Part shown: in pieces, positions 1-9,823 of the stretch
Layout of the letters: every line of letters begins with the position of its first letter
Position numbering within the stretch: position 1 is the stretch's first letter
Source: an uncultured Verrucomicrobiae bacterium
Lineage (GTDB): Bacteria > Chlamydiota > Chlamydiia > Chlamydiales > Rhabdochlamydiaceae
DNA length: 64,000 nt
Assembly (NCBI GenBank): GCA_963818965.1
Contig: CAWFUG010000009.1
Location: 64,001-128,000 of the forward strand
Reading direction: 5' to 3'
The notes under the pieces: model-generated
Told to the model about the DNA's origin: nothing
The model's input: the letters and a program-made list of their open reading frames with translations, nothing else
Databases searched by the model: none
Position numbers and translations under genes: made by a program

Positions 1-2
1 GT

Positions 3-1289
3 AAAGAACTCTTTGAAGAGATCCGCCTGACCCTTTTGCGACTGAGTACCGTCATGCAAGCACTCATGGCAGAGGCCCTCTTTTCCCATAAGCTTCTACC
101 CAATCTCCTCGCTAATATCAAACGCTGGCCAGGCTCTTTTTTTGCAGAAGGATTAAGAGGTAAATTCAAAAATATCCCGGCGATCATCTGCGGCGCAGGC
201 CCCTCTTTGGAGCACAGCTTTTCTCTCTTAAAGAACTCAAGCGATCGAGCGCTCATCATCGCGGGGGGATCGACCATCGCCGCTTTGAGCAACCATGGCA
301 TCACTCCCCATCTCGGCCTCGCACTCGACCCCAATCGAGAAGAATTCGATCGCCTTAAAATGGCCTCCTCCTATGAAATGCCACTCCTCTTTGCCTCTCG
401 ATTACAATCGGAAGTTTTACTCACGACAAATGCGGAGCGTGGGTATCTGCACTCGGCGACCGGCGGACCCTTTGAGAATGAGTTGGAACGAGCTCTCGGC
501 ATCGAACGAGAAGCCATCGGACCAGAACTTGGCAGTGAAGCCTTATCCGTTACGACCCTCGCGCTCGCGCTCGCTGTCGAAATGGGATGCAACCCGATTC
601 TGCTCAACGGAATCGACCTCGCTTATACAGGCATGCGTCGATACGCAGCGGGCGTCATGCCCTCTTCTTCCGTCGTAGAGACTGAGCTAGAGCAAGAGAA
701 AAAAGCAGGGGAGCGCTTGCTCGAGCGCACAGATATTTCAGGGCAGAAGACATTCACCCTCGTCAAATGGGTCATGGAATCAGAGTGCATCGCAGCCTTT
801 GCAAAAGCCCACCCCGAAGTGCAATTCTATAACGTCTCCCCAGGGGGGCTTGGATTTGAAGGCATCCCCAACCGCTCCCTTCAAGAGGTCATCGAACAAG
901 AGTGTCACGAGACTCTAGACCTCCACTCTCTTGTCCACGGCACCATCCAGTCGCTCAAAATCCCCCTCTCTAAAGAGGCGGTAGCCCATGAGCTCCAGAA
1001 AATCAAAGAGAGCTTGCAGCGTCTTCTTCAGATCGCAGAAGAGATGATCGCAGAATTGACAAGTGAAAAAAGAGCGATTTTCCCCAGTGGGAAGATGACC
1101 CTTTTAGAGCTCGACTTCGAGGAGGAAAAAGCTTACAGCTCTCTCTTCTCCCACGTCATCCCTGCCCTCGAGCGCTTGATCGACCGCAAATTTCCCTCTC
1201 TCCAAGGGGACCTCTTAGAACAAAAGAGCCTCGCCAAATGGCAACAACTCCAGGAAATGATCGCCTACGAGCTCAATTTATTCTCATAG
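3..1289 (+). CDS. DUF115 / MptE-like (Maf-type) domain protein, 5' end beyond the window
   Basis: PAIICGAGPSL, ALIIAGGST, LALDP and LAVEMGCNPILLNGIDLAY motifs are typical of the DUF115/Maf family. The frame is open back to the window edge. Confidence 0.75.
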   Translation, partial: KELFEEIRLTLLRLSTVMQALMAEALFSHKLLPNLLANIKRWPGSFFAEGLRGKFKNIPAIICGAGPSLEHSFSLLKNSSDRALIIAGGSTIAALSNHGITPHLGLALDPNREEFDRLKMASSYEMPLLFASRLQSEVLLTTNAERGYLHSATGGPFENELERALGIEREAIGPELGSEALSVTTLALALAVEMGCNPILLNGIDLAYTGMRRYAAGVMPSSSVVETELEQEKKAGERLLERTDISGQKTFTLVKWVMESECIAAFAKAHPEVQFYNVSPGGLGFEGIPNRSLQEVIEQECHETLDLHSLVHGTIQSLKIPLSKEAVAHELQKIKESLQRLLQIAEEMIAELTSEKRAIFPSGKMTLLELDFEEEKAYSSLFSHVIPALERLIDRKFPSLQGDLLEQKSLAKWQQLQEMIAYELNLFS

Positions 1290-2242
1290 AGAGCGAGTTT
1301 GTTGCGCAGCGTGCGGACACTGATGCCGAGCATCTGTGCTGTTTTGGTGCGATTGTTGTTTTCTTTCTGCAGTGTTTGTAAAATGAGCCTCTTTTCTACT
1401 TCCTCAAGGGTCATCCCTTGGGGATGCATTTCAGCGCCTTCTTTCTGCTTCCTTTCGATCTTCAAATCACTCGAGTCGATGCATTCCGATCGAACCATGA
1501 CGACAGAGCGTTCGATCACGTTAGAGAGCTCTCTGATATTTCCCGGCCAAAGGTAGTGGATCAAATGCTGCTCAGCCTGAGGGGAAAAACGTTTGAGCGT
1601 CCTTTGATTTTCTTGGCAAAATTTTTTCAGAAAAAACTCTGCTAAGGGGAGGATGTCTTCTCTACGCTCTCTTAAAGGGGGCAGATGAATAGGGATGACA
1701 TTGAGGCGATAGTAGAGATCTTCGCGGAAGAGATTTTTTTCCAACGCCTCTTGCATTAAGCGATTGGAGGTGGCGATCAGGCGGATGTCGACGCGTACGG
1801 GTTGGATCCCTCCGACGCGCTCGAACTCTCTCTCTTGGATGACGCGCAGCAATTTTGGCTGTAGATCGAGAGAGATCTCAGACACTTCATCGAGCAATAG
1901 AGTGCCCCGATGGGCGAGTTCAAATCTACCCGGTTTTCTCGCCAAAGCACCGGTAAAAGCCCCCTTTTCATGGCCGAAAAACTCCGACTCCAAAAGAGTG
2001 GAAGAGAGCGCAGCGCAATTGACTTTGATGAAGGGATTTCCCCTACGCAGAGATTGCCAGTGGATCTCTTGCGCGATCATCTCCTTACCCGTACCCGATT
2101 CTCCTGAGATGAAGACAGAAGCGGAGCTCTTTGCGATCAGAGCGATCTCTTCGAGAATTTTAAGCATAGAGGGACTGTAGGCGATCAAAATGTGGCTTTT
2201 CTTATCGCAATCGGGTATCTTCCATTCAGGTCTGTCTTCCAT
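1265..2242 (-). CDS. Sigma-54-dependent enhancer-binding activator (AAA+ plus Fis HTH, no receiver domain)
   Basis: Walker A GESGTGKE, GAFTGA loop, LLLDEV, FREDLYYRLNV, WPGNIREL and a C-terminal NRTKTAQMLGISVRTLRNKL HTH. Confidence 0.92.
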   Translation of the reverse strand: MEDRPEWKIPDCDKKSHILIAYSPSMLKILEEIALIAKSSASVFISGESGTGKEMIAQEIHWQSLRRGNPFIKVNCAALSSTLLESEFFGHEKGAFTGALARKPGRFELAHRGTLLLDEVSEISLDLQPKLLRVIQEREFERVGGIQPVRVDIRLIATSNRLMQEALEKNLFREDLYYRLNVIPIHLPPLRERREDILPLAEFFLKKFCQENQRTLKRFSPQAEQHLIHYLWPGNIRELSNVIERSVVMVRSECIDSSDLKIERKQKEGAEMHPQGMTLEEVEKRLILQTLQKENNNRTKTAQMLGISVRTLRNKLALYENKLSS

Positions 2243-2272
2243 GATACTGTCCCCCTTTGCGGATTATAGAAT

Positions 2273-3094
2273 ATGCGCAGTTTAAGAAAAGCCTTATCTC
2301 TCTTCCTCTTTTTTCTGGCCGCTTGCTCTTCGATGGAGCAATCGGAACAGAAGAAATTGCGTCGGCAAAACGTGCAAAAAGAAAAGATCTACCGTCACCA
2401 CGGAGAGACACGCTACCTGACCTTTGGGTTGCAGCCCAAAGAGCGTGCGAAATATCCCTGGGAGATGACCCATAGCGGCAAACACCTCAAAATTTCGAAG
2501 GAATTTTTCCGTTGCAAAGGCTCGAGCTTAAACCCTCCCCACACCGATGCAAAAGATCCCGCTCACTCTTTCGATTGTGTCGGCTCTCAGAGGCATTCGC
2601 TTCCGATGCGCGAGAACCGAGAATTCATCTATCCCATCTTGATCGATTTGCTCAACTACGTGCAGGCAAAGACGGAGTGCAAAGTAATCGTCACCTGTGG
2701 CCATCGCTGTCCTGCACACAACAACTATTCCGATAGTAGCTCCTATAATCGCGATTCGAAACACATGATCGGAGCGGAGGTGGATTTTTACGTGCAGGGG
2801 ATGGAACATCGCCCTGAAGAGATCGTGCGTCTCATCATGGACTATTACCGAGAGGATAAAGACAAGAACTACGTCGAATTTCGACGGTTCGAAAGAGACA
2901 CAATGAACATCTCCACGCCTCCTTGGTACAATAAGGAGATCTTCGTGAAACTCTATAAGAAAAATGAAGGGCGGGATTTCGATAATCGCCACCCTTATCC
3001 CTATTTGTCCATACAGGTGCGGCACGACCGGGAACGGAACGAATCTGTCACCTGCGACTGGCAAAAGGCCTTTAACGGCTACTGCCGTTATTAA
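2273..3094 (+). CDS. Lipoprotein with peptidase M15-like (Zn D-Ala-D-Ala peptidase-type) domain
   Basis: Lipobox FLAAC. VTCGHRCPAHN...SKHMIGAEVDF matches the M15 SxHxxGxAxD pattern. Confidence 0.6.
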   Translation: MRSLRKALSLFLFFLAACSSMEQSEQKKLRRQNVQKEKIYRHHGETRYLTFGLQPKERAKYPWEMTHSGKHLKISKEFFRCKGSSLNPPHTDAKDPAHSFDCVGSQRHSLPMRENREFIYPILIDLLNYVQAKTECKVIVTCGHRCPAHNNYSDSSSYNRDSKHMIGAEVDFYVQGMEHRPEEIVRLIMDYYREDKDKNYVEFRRFERDTMNISTPPWYNKEIFVKLYKKNEGRDFDNRHPYPYLSIQVRHDRERNESVTCDWQKAFNGYCRY

Positions 3095-3151
3095 CCACAG
3101 AAAGGGGAAACCACAGAGAGAAAATTCATATTTAAATTTCTTCTCTGTGGT
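3094..3151. repeat. Family E (ACCACAGAG) palindromic repeat, copy E1
   Basis: accacagaaaggggaaaccacagagag...ttctctgtggt, filling the gap between two convergent stop codons. Confidence 0.85.
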
Positions 3152-3159
3152 AAAACCTA

Positions 3160-3576
3160 TTAATGTCCGCCGCAGCAGCCGCCGGTGTGCATCTTCTGTT
3201 GGACTACCTCGACGAGTTGGAGTTGGTTTCCATCGATGTCAGAGACTGTCTGCATGCGTACATGTCCTGGGACCGTTACAATTTCGCCGCACAGTTTTGC
3301 CCCTTTTTCCATGAGACCCTGTACTGCTTTGTCGAGATCTTTGACGGTGAAGGTCATCACAGCATTAGGTCCAATGTAAGGACAGCTAGGATCTTCCTGA
3401 GCTTGTTTCTGCCCAATCCCTAAGCGCGCGCCTCCCTTTTGTCCAGAAAGCTCAGCCCATCCATATTGCTCATTAAATTCGACGAGTTTGAGACCGATCA
3501 CATCGGTGTAAAACGCGATCGCTTTTTTGATGTCTTCGACCATGATCCATGCTAAATCAAAAGATTCTGCGCTCAT
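3160..3576 (-). CDS. VOC/glyoxalase family protein
   Basis: VEDIKKAIAFYTDVIGL, FTVKDLD and DIDGNQLQL motifs. Start taken at MSAESFD. Confidence 0.85.
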   Translation of the reverse strand: MSAESFDLAWIMVEDIKKAIAFYTDVIGLKLVEFNEQYGWAELSGQKGGARLGIGQKQAQEDPSCPYIGPNAVMTFTVKDLDKAVQGLMEKGAKLCGEIVTVPGHVRMQTVSDIDGNQLQLVEVVQQKMHTGGCCGGH

Positions 3577-3680
3577 CTTAAATCCTGTATAAAAAATTTT
3601 CCAGAAGATCATGTTTGCACAAAACCCCTTTCTTTTAAAAGAAGAAAAAATTACTTTCACCTCCAAGAAAGGAGCTCATT

Positions 3681-6518
3681 ATGTCGTGGAACACCTTGAA
3701 ATCGTTGGGAAAAGAGAAAAAATATTCCTACTATTCCCTTCCGGCTCTCCAGGAAGCACTAGGAGTTAAGATCGATAGGCTACCCATTTCGATCCGGATC
3801 ATGCTCGAATCCCTCTTGCGCAACTGCGACGGCAAGCGCGTGCGCGAAGAAGATGTCAAGCGGCTAGCGCACTGGAATCCCCAAAAACCCGACAGCGGAG
3901 ATGTGCCCTTCGTCGTCTCGCGTGTCATCCTTCAAGACTTTACAGGAGTGCCCCTTCTCGTCGACCTCGCGGCGATGCGCGATGGCGCAGCTTCTCAAAA
4001 GGCCAATCCCAAAAAAGTGGAGCCGGTCGTCCCCGTCGATCTCATCATCGACCATTCCGTCCAGGTCGATCGCTCCGGGACCAAAGACGCCTTTTTATTC
4101 AATTTAGAGATCGAATTTCAAAGGAATAAGGAGCGCTATGAGTTCCTCAATTGGGGAGAAAAGGCGTTTGAGACCTTCAAAGTAGTCCCTCCGGGAATCG
4201 GCATCTGCCATCAGGTCAATTTAGAATACTTGGGAGAGGTTGTCACAGAATCCAAAGAAACAGCGCTTCTCTATTTCGATACGCTCGTCGGTACCGATTC
4301 ACATACGACGATGATCAATGGCCTTGGGATCTTGGGTTGGGGCGTCGGAGGGATCGAGGCGGAATCGGCGATGCTCGGGCAGCCCTATTTTTTCCAGACG
4401 CCAGAAGTGATCGGTGTCCATCTGACGGGAAAGCTCAATGAAGGAGTGACGGCAACAGATCTCACGTTGCGCATCACAGAGCTCTTGCGCAAAGAAAAAG
4501 TCGTCGGAAAATTCGTCGAATTCTTCGGAGAGGGAGCCGAGACTTTAAGCGTCGCTGATCGCGCGACCATTGGAAACATGGCTCCGGAATACGGCGCGAC
4601 GATCGGCTTTTTCCCGGCCGACGAAAAGACTTTACAGTACCTCGCGATGACAGGACGTTCTTCTGAGCACATCGCTTTAGTTAAGGAGTATCTAGAAGCG
4701 CAAAAGATGTTCGGCATCCCCAAAAAAGGAAGCGTCGACTTTACTAAAGAGGTCTCACTCGATTTAAAGACGATCCAGCCTTGTGTCTCTGGCCCCAAAC
4801 GCCCACAAGATCGAGTCGATCTGCGTCAATTAAAAGAGCGATTCGACCACCTCTTTAATGCCCCTGTACCTGAAGGCGGCTACGGAAAAACCCACCAAGA
4901 GCGGAAACGACCTGTCGTCGTCCATTCAGAAGGGACATTTCATCCCTCGCAATCCCACATCAACGGAGGAACAAAGACCCTCCCTCCTGACACAGCAGCG
5001 CTCTGGAGCGAAGATGAGATGGTCAACAATCGCCCGATGACAGATGAAGTGATCAATCCCGGTTATACGCAGCACCATTCCAGCGATTTCGTTCTCGATC
5101 ACGGCTCCGTCGTCATTGCCGCAATCACCAGTTGTACCAATACGAGTAACCCCAGCGTCATGCTCGCAGCGGGACTTTTGGCCAAAAAGGCAGTGGAAAA
5201 GGGGCTATCGATCCATCCGCGGATCAAGACGAGTCTCGCACCAGGATCCCGCGTCGTGACCGATTATCTCAACCAGACGGGGTTGCAAAAATACCTCGAT
5301 GCCCTCGGCTTTCAACTCGTCGCCTACGGCTGCACCACCTGTATCGGTAACAGCGGCCCTTTGGACGAGAGCATCGAAAAAGCGATTAAAGACAACGACC
5401 TCATCGTCGCAAGCGTCCTCAGCGGCAATCGGAACTTCGAAGCGCGGATTCACGGCGCTGTCAAGGCCAACTTCCTCATGTCGCCCCCACTCGTCGTTGC
5501 GTTCGCATTGGCAGGGAGAATCGACATCGACCTCGATAAAGAACCCCTTGGCTTTAATAAAGAAGGAAAACCCGTCTACCTCAAAGAGATCTGGCCGACA
5601 AATGAAGAGATTCACACCGTCGTTACTGCGGGGGTAACCCCAAAGATGTTTAAAGAGCGCTATGCCCATGTCACGACAGACAACCCCCTCTGGAGCCAGA
5701 TTGAAGTCAAAGGGGCAGAGCGTTACCAATGGGATCCGATGAGCACCTACATCCAATGCCCTCCCTTTTTCGATGACTTCTCCAAAGAGCTCCCCAAGAG
5801 AAAAGAGCTCACTAAAATGCGCCCTCTCGCTCTCTTTGGCGACTCGATCACGACGGACCACATCTCCCCTGCAGGCGCCTTTAAGGCAGATACCCCCGCT
5901 GGGAAATACTTGATCGAACTCGGCATCAAAGAACCCGATTTCAACAGCTACGGCAGCCGTAGAGGCAACCACCATGTCATGATGCGCGGCACCTTTGCCA
6001 ACGTCCGGATCCGCAACCTCATGGTTCCTGGCAAAGAAGGAGGCATCACTCGCCTCATGCCAGAAGGGAGAGAAATGCCCATCTTCGACGCCTGTGGTGT
6101 CTACGCAGAGCGAAACGTCCCTCTGATCATCTTCGCAGGAAAGGACTACGGGATGGGGAGCTCGCGCGACTGGGCTGCCAAAGGGACAGCGCTCCTCGGC
6201 GTGCGCGCTGTCGTCGCCCAGAGCTTCGAAAGGATCCACCGCAGCAACCTCGTCGGTATGGGCGTCTTGCCTCTGCAGTTCCCCAAAGAGGATCAAAGCT
6301 TCGAAACGCTTGGGATTAAGGGAGATGAGATCTTTTCTCTCAAGGGCTTAGAGGGAACCCTCAAGCCTCATCAAGAGGTTATCCTAGAAATCGACCGCGG
6401 CGGGGGTAAAATCGAGCACGTTCCCCTCATTGCCCGCCTCGACACCCCCATCGATATCGAGTACTACCTGCACGGAGGAATCCTCCCTTATGTCCTTCGG
6501 CAGCTGCTGGGAACGTAA
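3681..6518 (+). CDS. acnA: Aconitate hydratase A
   Basis: [38 protein letters not shown] and [10 protein letters not shown] motifs. Confidence 0.97.
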   Translation: MSWNTLKSLGKEKKYSYYSLPALQEALGVKIDRLPISIRIMLESLLRNCDGKRVREEDVKRLAHWNPQKPDSGDVPFVVSRVILQDFTGVPLLVDLAAMRDGAASQKANPKKVEPVVPVDLIIDHSVQVDRSGTKDAFLFNLEIEFQRNKERYEFLNWGEKAFETFKVVPPGIGICHQVNLEYLGEVVTESKETALLYFDTLVGTDSHTTMINGLGILGWGVGGIEAESAMLGQPYFFQTPEVIGVHLTGKLNEGVTATDLTLRITELLRKEKVVGKFVEFFGEGAETLSVADRATIGNMAPEYGATIGFFPADEKTLQYLAMTGRSSEHIALVKEYLEAQKMFGIPKKGSVDFTKEVSLDLKTIQPCVSGPKRPQDRVDLRQLKERFDHLFNAPVPEGGYGKTHQERKRPVVVHSEGTFHPSQSHINGGTKTLPPDTAALWSEDEMVNNRPMTDEVINPGYTQHHSSDFVLDHGSVVIAAITSCTNTSNPSVMLAAGLLAKKAVEKGLSIHPRIKTSLAPGSRVVTDYLNQTGLQKYLDALGFQLVAYGCTTCIGNSGPLDESIEKAIKDNDLIVASVLSGNRNFEARIHGAVKANFLMSPPLVVAFALAGRIDIDLDKEPLGFNKEGKPVYLKEIWPTNEEIHTVVTAGVTPKMFKERYAHVTTDNPLWSQIEVKGAERYQWDPMSTYIQCPPFFDDFSKELPKRKELTKMRPLALFGDSITTDHISPAGAFKADTPAGKYLIELGIKEPDFNSYGSRRGNHHVMMRGTFANVRIRNLMVPGKEGGITRLMPEGREMPIFDACGVYAERNVPLIIFAGKDYGMGSSRDWAAKGTALLGVRAVVAQSFERIHRSNLVGMGVLPLQFPKEDQSFETLGIKGDEIFSLKGLEGTLKPHQEVILEIDRGGGKIEHVPLIARLDTPIDIEYYLHGGILPYVLRQLLGT

Positions 6519-6606
6519 AATCTCTTTGCAGATTATTGCTCTGGCTCGCTATAATCCGCGTCACTTTCAATGCTACGCCCTTACAACCTAAGGGCAGCAC
6601 ACACAT

Positions 6607-6689
6607 GCCGGTGTGGCGGAATGGTAGACGCGGTAGATTCAAAATCTACTTCTAGCAATAGAGTGCTGGTTCGAGTCCAGTCACCGGTA
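6607..6689 (+). tRNA. tRNA-Leu(CAA)
   Basis: Acceptor GCCGGTG/CACCGGT, anticodon arm GTAGA-TTCAAAA-TCTAC, long variable arm, GGTTCGAGTCC T-arm. CCA is not encoded. Confidence 0.95.
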
Positions 6690-6922
6690 TTCTCCCTCGA
6701 TGGGATTCAAATCCCAGATTTTCATCACCTTCGTTTTCAGCTCCATAATAACCCAAGTTCTTGATAATCAAGGTTTTGTGCTTAAAATGCTGATTTTTGC
6801 AAAAAAGCAATGTTTTAAACCCCTGTTTTGTTTCTGTTTTTAATAAAGATTGTTTGATATTTAATTGCATTGTGTTAAAATTAGTATAAGATTTAATGCA
6901 TTAAGTTAATTACAGGTTATTT

Positions 6923-7837
6923 ATGTCTTGTACGTTTGGTCTCAATAAAAATGAGCAGTTTTTCTTCGTAAAGTTTCTGAATGGGGAAATGGGTCGACTA
7001 GAGCAGAAGGATTTTAGAAAATTGAGCGGTCCACAAGATCGTAAGTTTGTGTCGGAGGCTTTTGATAAAATAAACAGTATCTTGGACGACAATGTGCAGC
7101 GTTTGCTGCAGCCAGATCCAAAGCTTGGTTATGATGGTGTAGCAAAGGTGATAACGATGCTAGCTCCACAATCCGGGACTATAGCCGAAACGGTGTTTGA
7201 TCAAATGGTCAATGGTCAAGAGCAAGGCGTCGGGAATCGGATGGATAGTTTCTTTTCTAGCGGGATAGGAACTAACGCCCTGGTTACAACACGGGATGCT
7301 ATCCAGAAGAAGATCCCACTAACGCAAACCACAACTACGACGACAACGACGACGACAACAGTTCCCAAAGCTCGAAGAACAGAAGATGTGCCGTTACAAG
7401 AAGAGACCCACTTTATTATTCTCCGCGAGAATGATATGGATCAATTTAGCTTCTTGATCGAACGCTTAGGAAAACTGCACACCCACATAACAAGGGCTTG
7501 TGACGATGCGAAAGAAAGCCCACAGTTTGTGGCTTCTCAACTTCGCACCATAAAAGAATTAGATCAGCTGATTCGAAACTTGGTCAACGCACAAAGTGAC
7601 GAAAGGAAAGTAAAGCTCCCTCTTCGGCTACAAGAGTACATTAGCGCAGTGGAGGCTAATGTTAAGGAATGCGTTGAAGACCTTGACTCACGCCAAGAGT
7701 TTGAGATAGTAAGCGAGCACCCTTCGGAACTTAATACTTTATTATTACTTTTAGGCGAATCGAATGTAATTATGCAGCAAGTGATACAGCTCATAGATCT
7801 GTTGCGCAAACGAGATGAGTTAGGTGTGTCGCAATAG
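6923..7837 (+). CDS. Hypothetical protein with poly-Thr tract (candidate effector)
   Basis: 304-aa ORF with an AT-rich upstream region, a central Thr run and a helical C-terminus. No family recognised. Confidence 0.7.
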   Translation: MSCTFGLNKNEQFFFVKFLNGEMGRLEQKDFRKLSGPQDRKFVSEAFDKINSILDDNVQRLLQPDPKLGYDGVAKVITMLAPQSGTIAETVFDQMVNGQEQGVGNRMDSFFSSGIGTNALVTTRDAIQKKIPLTQTTTTTTTTTTTVPKARRTEDVPLQEETHFIILRENDMDQFSFLIERLGKLHTHITRACDDAKESPQFVASQLRTIKELDQLIRNLVNAQSDERKVKLPLRLQEYISAVEANVKECVEDLDSRQEFEIVSEHPSELNTLLLLLGESNVIMQQVIQLIDLLRKRDELGVSQ

Positions 7838-7884
7838 ATTTGTTTTGTGTTTATTTTAATTTATATTAATTAAATGGTTGTTTT

Positions 7885-9783
7885 ATGAATGGTTTGTTAG
7901 ACAGTGTATACGGCCGTGAGATGTGTTGTTTCTTGCGTCATCTCCTCGAGAATGGAAAGGATGGAATGAATGATATTCAAGTTAATCATTTCCAAATTTT
8001 AGAGCACGAGCAACGTCTTGTCGCCACCGTCGCGCTTAATAAACTGAGTTCTTTGGTAAGGGGAGCGCCTACGCTGCAGGATCTGCACGACTATTTAGCT
8101 GAGGCGGAAGTTAAGGTTTTTGGGCCCTACCAGCGAGGAATGGATACGCTGTTGTACACCCAATTAAGGCAGAGCTGTACTGATAAAGAACTTCTATTCG
8201 CTCGGGGTATTGCCTTGTTAAGCGGCGGAGTTAGTCAGGATGGCTATATAGCCGGCAAGAAGCTCATGCAGCAGTTGGATACTCTAAGAGGACAAATTGA
8301 ACAACTGAAGCTAGAACCTCAGATAGAACAGCCTAAAGCGTCATTTGAAAGAGCAAAATCACTCGGGCTGAGTGAATCGAAAGCGGATCAGCTTCAGAAA
8401 CAAATCCAATCATTAAAACAAGTGTTATGCGCTATCGAGGATCTGTGCAAATACGAGCGAAATGGTTATGCGCGATGTTGTGTGAGCTTAATCCTTGAAC
8501 AACTCGAGATTTTGGAACGAGAGCACGGTTTGCAGTTACCTCTCAGTAACGGAGGGTCACAAGAAAGGGAACTTCTCTTTGAGGCTGGACCACAGTTGCT
8601 TGAATGTGCAGAAGCGCTACTTCAAGAAATAGCGGACTTAGCTGGCTCATCAGAAAAAAATCCTCTTGTTCAGATCCGTCAATCCGCTAACTATATGATG
8701 CTCCAGCTATGTGCGCTCAGTAAAGCTGTCGGCGCTGAATTCCAGCCGGAAAGGCAATTTTTGGATGTTCCTGCTATTTCACCACAAGTTGTGGAGCAGT
8801 TTCTAGGATCAGGTTCTGAGCACACAACAACAACTACTACAACGCAGCCATCGCCACCACTATCTAGAATACCAGTACCCTCTAGAGCATCACTCCCAGC
8901 AGCGCCCCCACCGCCTTCTAGGAGAACGCAAACAACAACTACGACGACCACAACGCAGCCCGCATCCCCATTACCACCTGCTAGAGGATCACTCCCAGCA
9001 GCGCCCCCACCGCCTTCTAGGAGAACGCAAACAACAACTACGACGACCACAGCACAGCCCGCATCCCCATTGCCACCTGCTAGAGCATCTCTCTCAGCAA
9101 CGCCCCCACCGCCCCCTAAGAGATCGCAGGTACCTCCTTCTAGGCCATCCTTTCGACCACCAGCACCTCCATCCCCTGAAACACCCGCAGAACCGCTCCA
9201 GCCCCTTAGACCGTCAAAGCATACACCGCATTTTAAAAAGCGTATCGTTGAGGCACAACACATCGAGCAACTCGTCTCTTGCAAGAAGCAGCTAAAAGAG
9301 CTGTGTGAGCAAATGGATGAGATCAATCAGGTAGAGGTGGCGCAGTTGCTCAAAAAGCTGTCTGAGCAGACAGATGAGGTAAATCCGTTAGAAATTGACC
9401 AACTTCAGTGTGAAGGGAGGGCTCTTTTTACCTATGCCTCCCTGTTGTACAAGTGGCTTGATCGATTCATTCCCAGTGATGAAGTAAATGATAGAGAGAT
9501 GAGACTTCACGAGAGCGATTGGGATTATATCTCTCAATTTAATGAAGAAAAAATGTTTGCAGTGGAACAACAGATTAGGAAAGAATTTTTTGGAAGCGAA
9601 AAGAGAATGGATGCTCTTCCTGTCTATGATTATGTGGAAATAAGAAATGATGATGATGACGATTTTAGCACTATGGTCTCTGTCAAGGAATTAAAAGAAG
9701 AAACTAGAGCTGCTATAGCTAAGACATTCAATTTATTAGAAAAAGAATTCTTTTCCTTTTTGCTTCCTTCCCATCAACAATAA
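7885..9783 (+). CDS. Hypothetical Pro/Thr-rich repeat protein (candidate effector)
   Basis: 632-aa ORF with helical ends and a central Pro/Thr repeat linker. Confidence 0.75.
   Translation: MNGLLDSVYGREMCCFLRHLLENGKDGMNDIQVNHFQILEHEQRLVATVALNKLSSLVRGAPTLQDLHDYLAEAEVKVFGPYQRGMDTLLYTQLRQSCTDKELLFARGIALLSGGVSQDGYIAGKKLMQQLDTLRGQIEQLKLEPQIEQPKASFERAKSLGLSESKADQLQKQIQSLKQVLCAIEDLCKYERNGYARCCVSLILEQLEILEREHGLQLPLSNGGSQERELLFEAGPQLLECAEALLQEIADLAGSSEKNPLVQIRQSANYMMLQLCALSKAVGAEFQPERQFLDVPAISPQVVEQFLGSGSEHTTTTTTTQPSPPLSRIPVPSRASLPAAPPPPSRRTQTTTTTTTTQPASPLPPARGSLPAAPPPPSRRTQTTTTTTTAQPASPLPPARASLSATPPPPPKRSQVPPSRPSFRPPAPPSPETPAEPLQPLRPSKHTPHFKKRIVEAQHIEQLVSCKKQLKELCEQMDEINQVEVAQLLKKLSEQTDEVNPLEIDQLQCEGRALFTYASLLYKWLDRFIPSDEVNDREMRLHESDWDYISQFNEEKMFAVEQQIRKEFFGSEKRMDALPVYDYVEIRNDDDDDFSTMVSVKELKEETRAAIAKTFNLLEKEFFSFLLPSHQQ
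8882..9115 (+). repeat. In-frame 99-nt (33-aa) tandem repeat, about 2.3 copies
   Basis: ctagag(c/g)atc recurs at 8882, 8981 and 9080. The unit is SLPAAPPPPSRRTQ(T)nQPASPLPPAR. Confidence 0.9.
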
Positions 9784-9823
9784 GCCTACCTAATACCCAT
9801 GAGCTCGTGCTTAAAGCACAAGC

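Noticed and set aside
5205..6296. 363-aa antisense ORF within acnA, and similar shadow ORFs such as 8691-9326 and 39565-40134
   Set aside because: These are antisense to well-supported genes and have no recognisable motifs.
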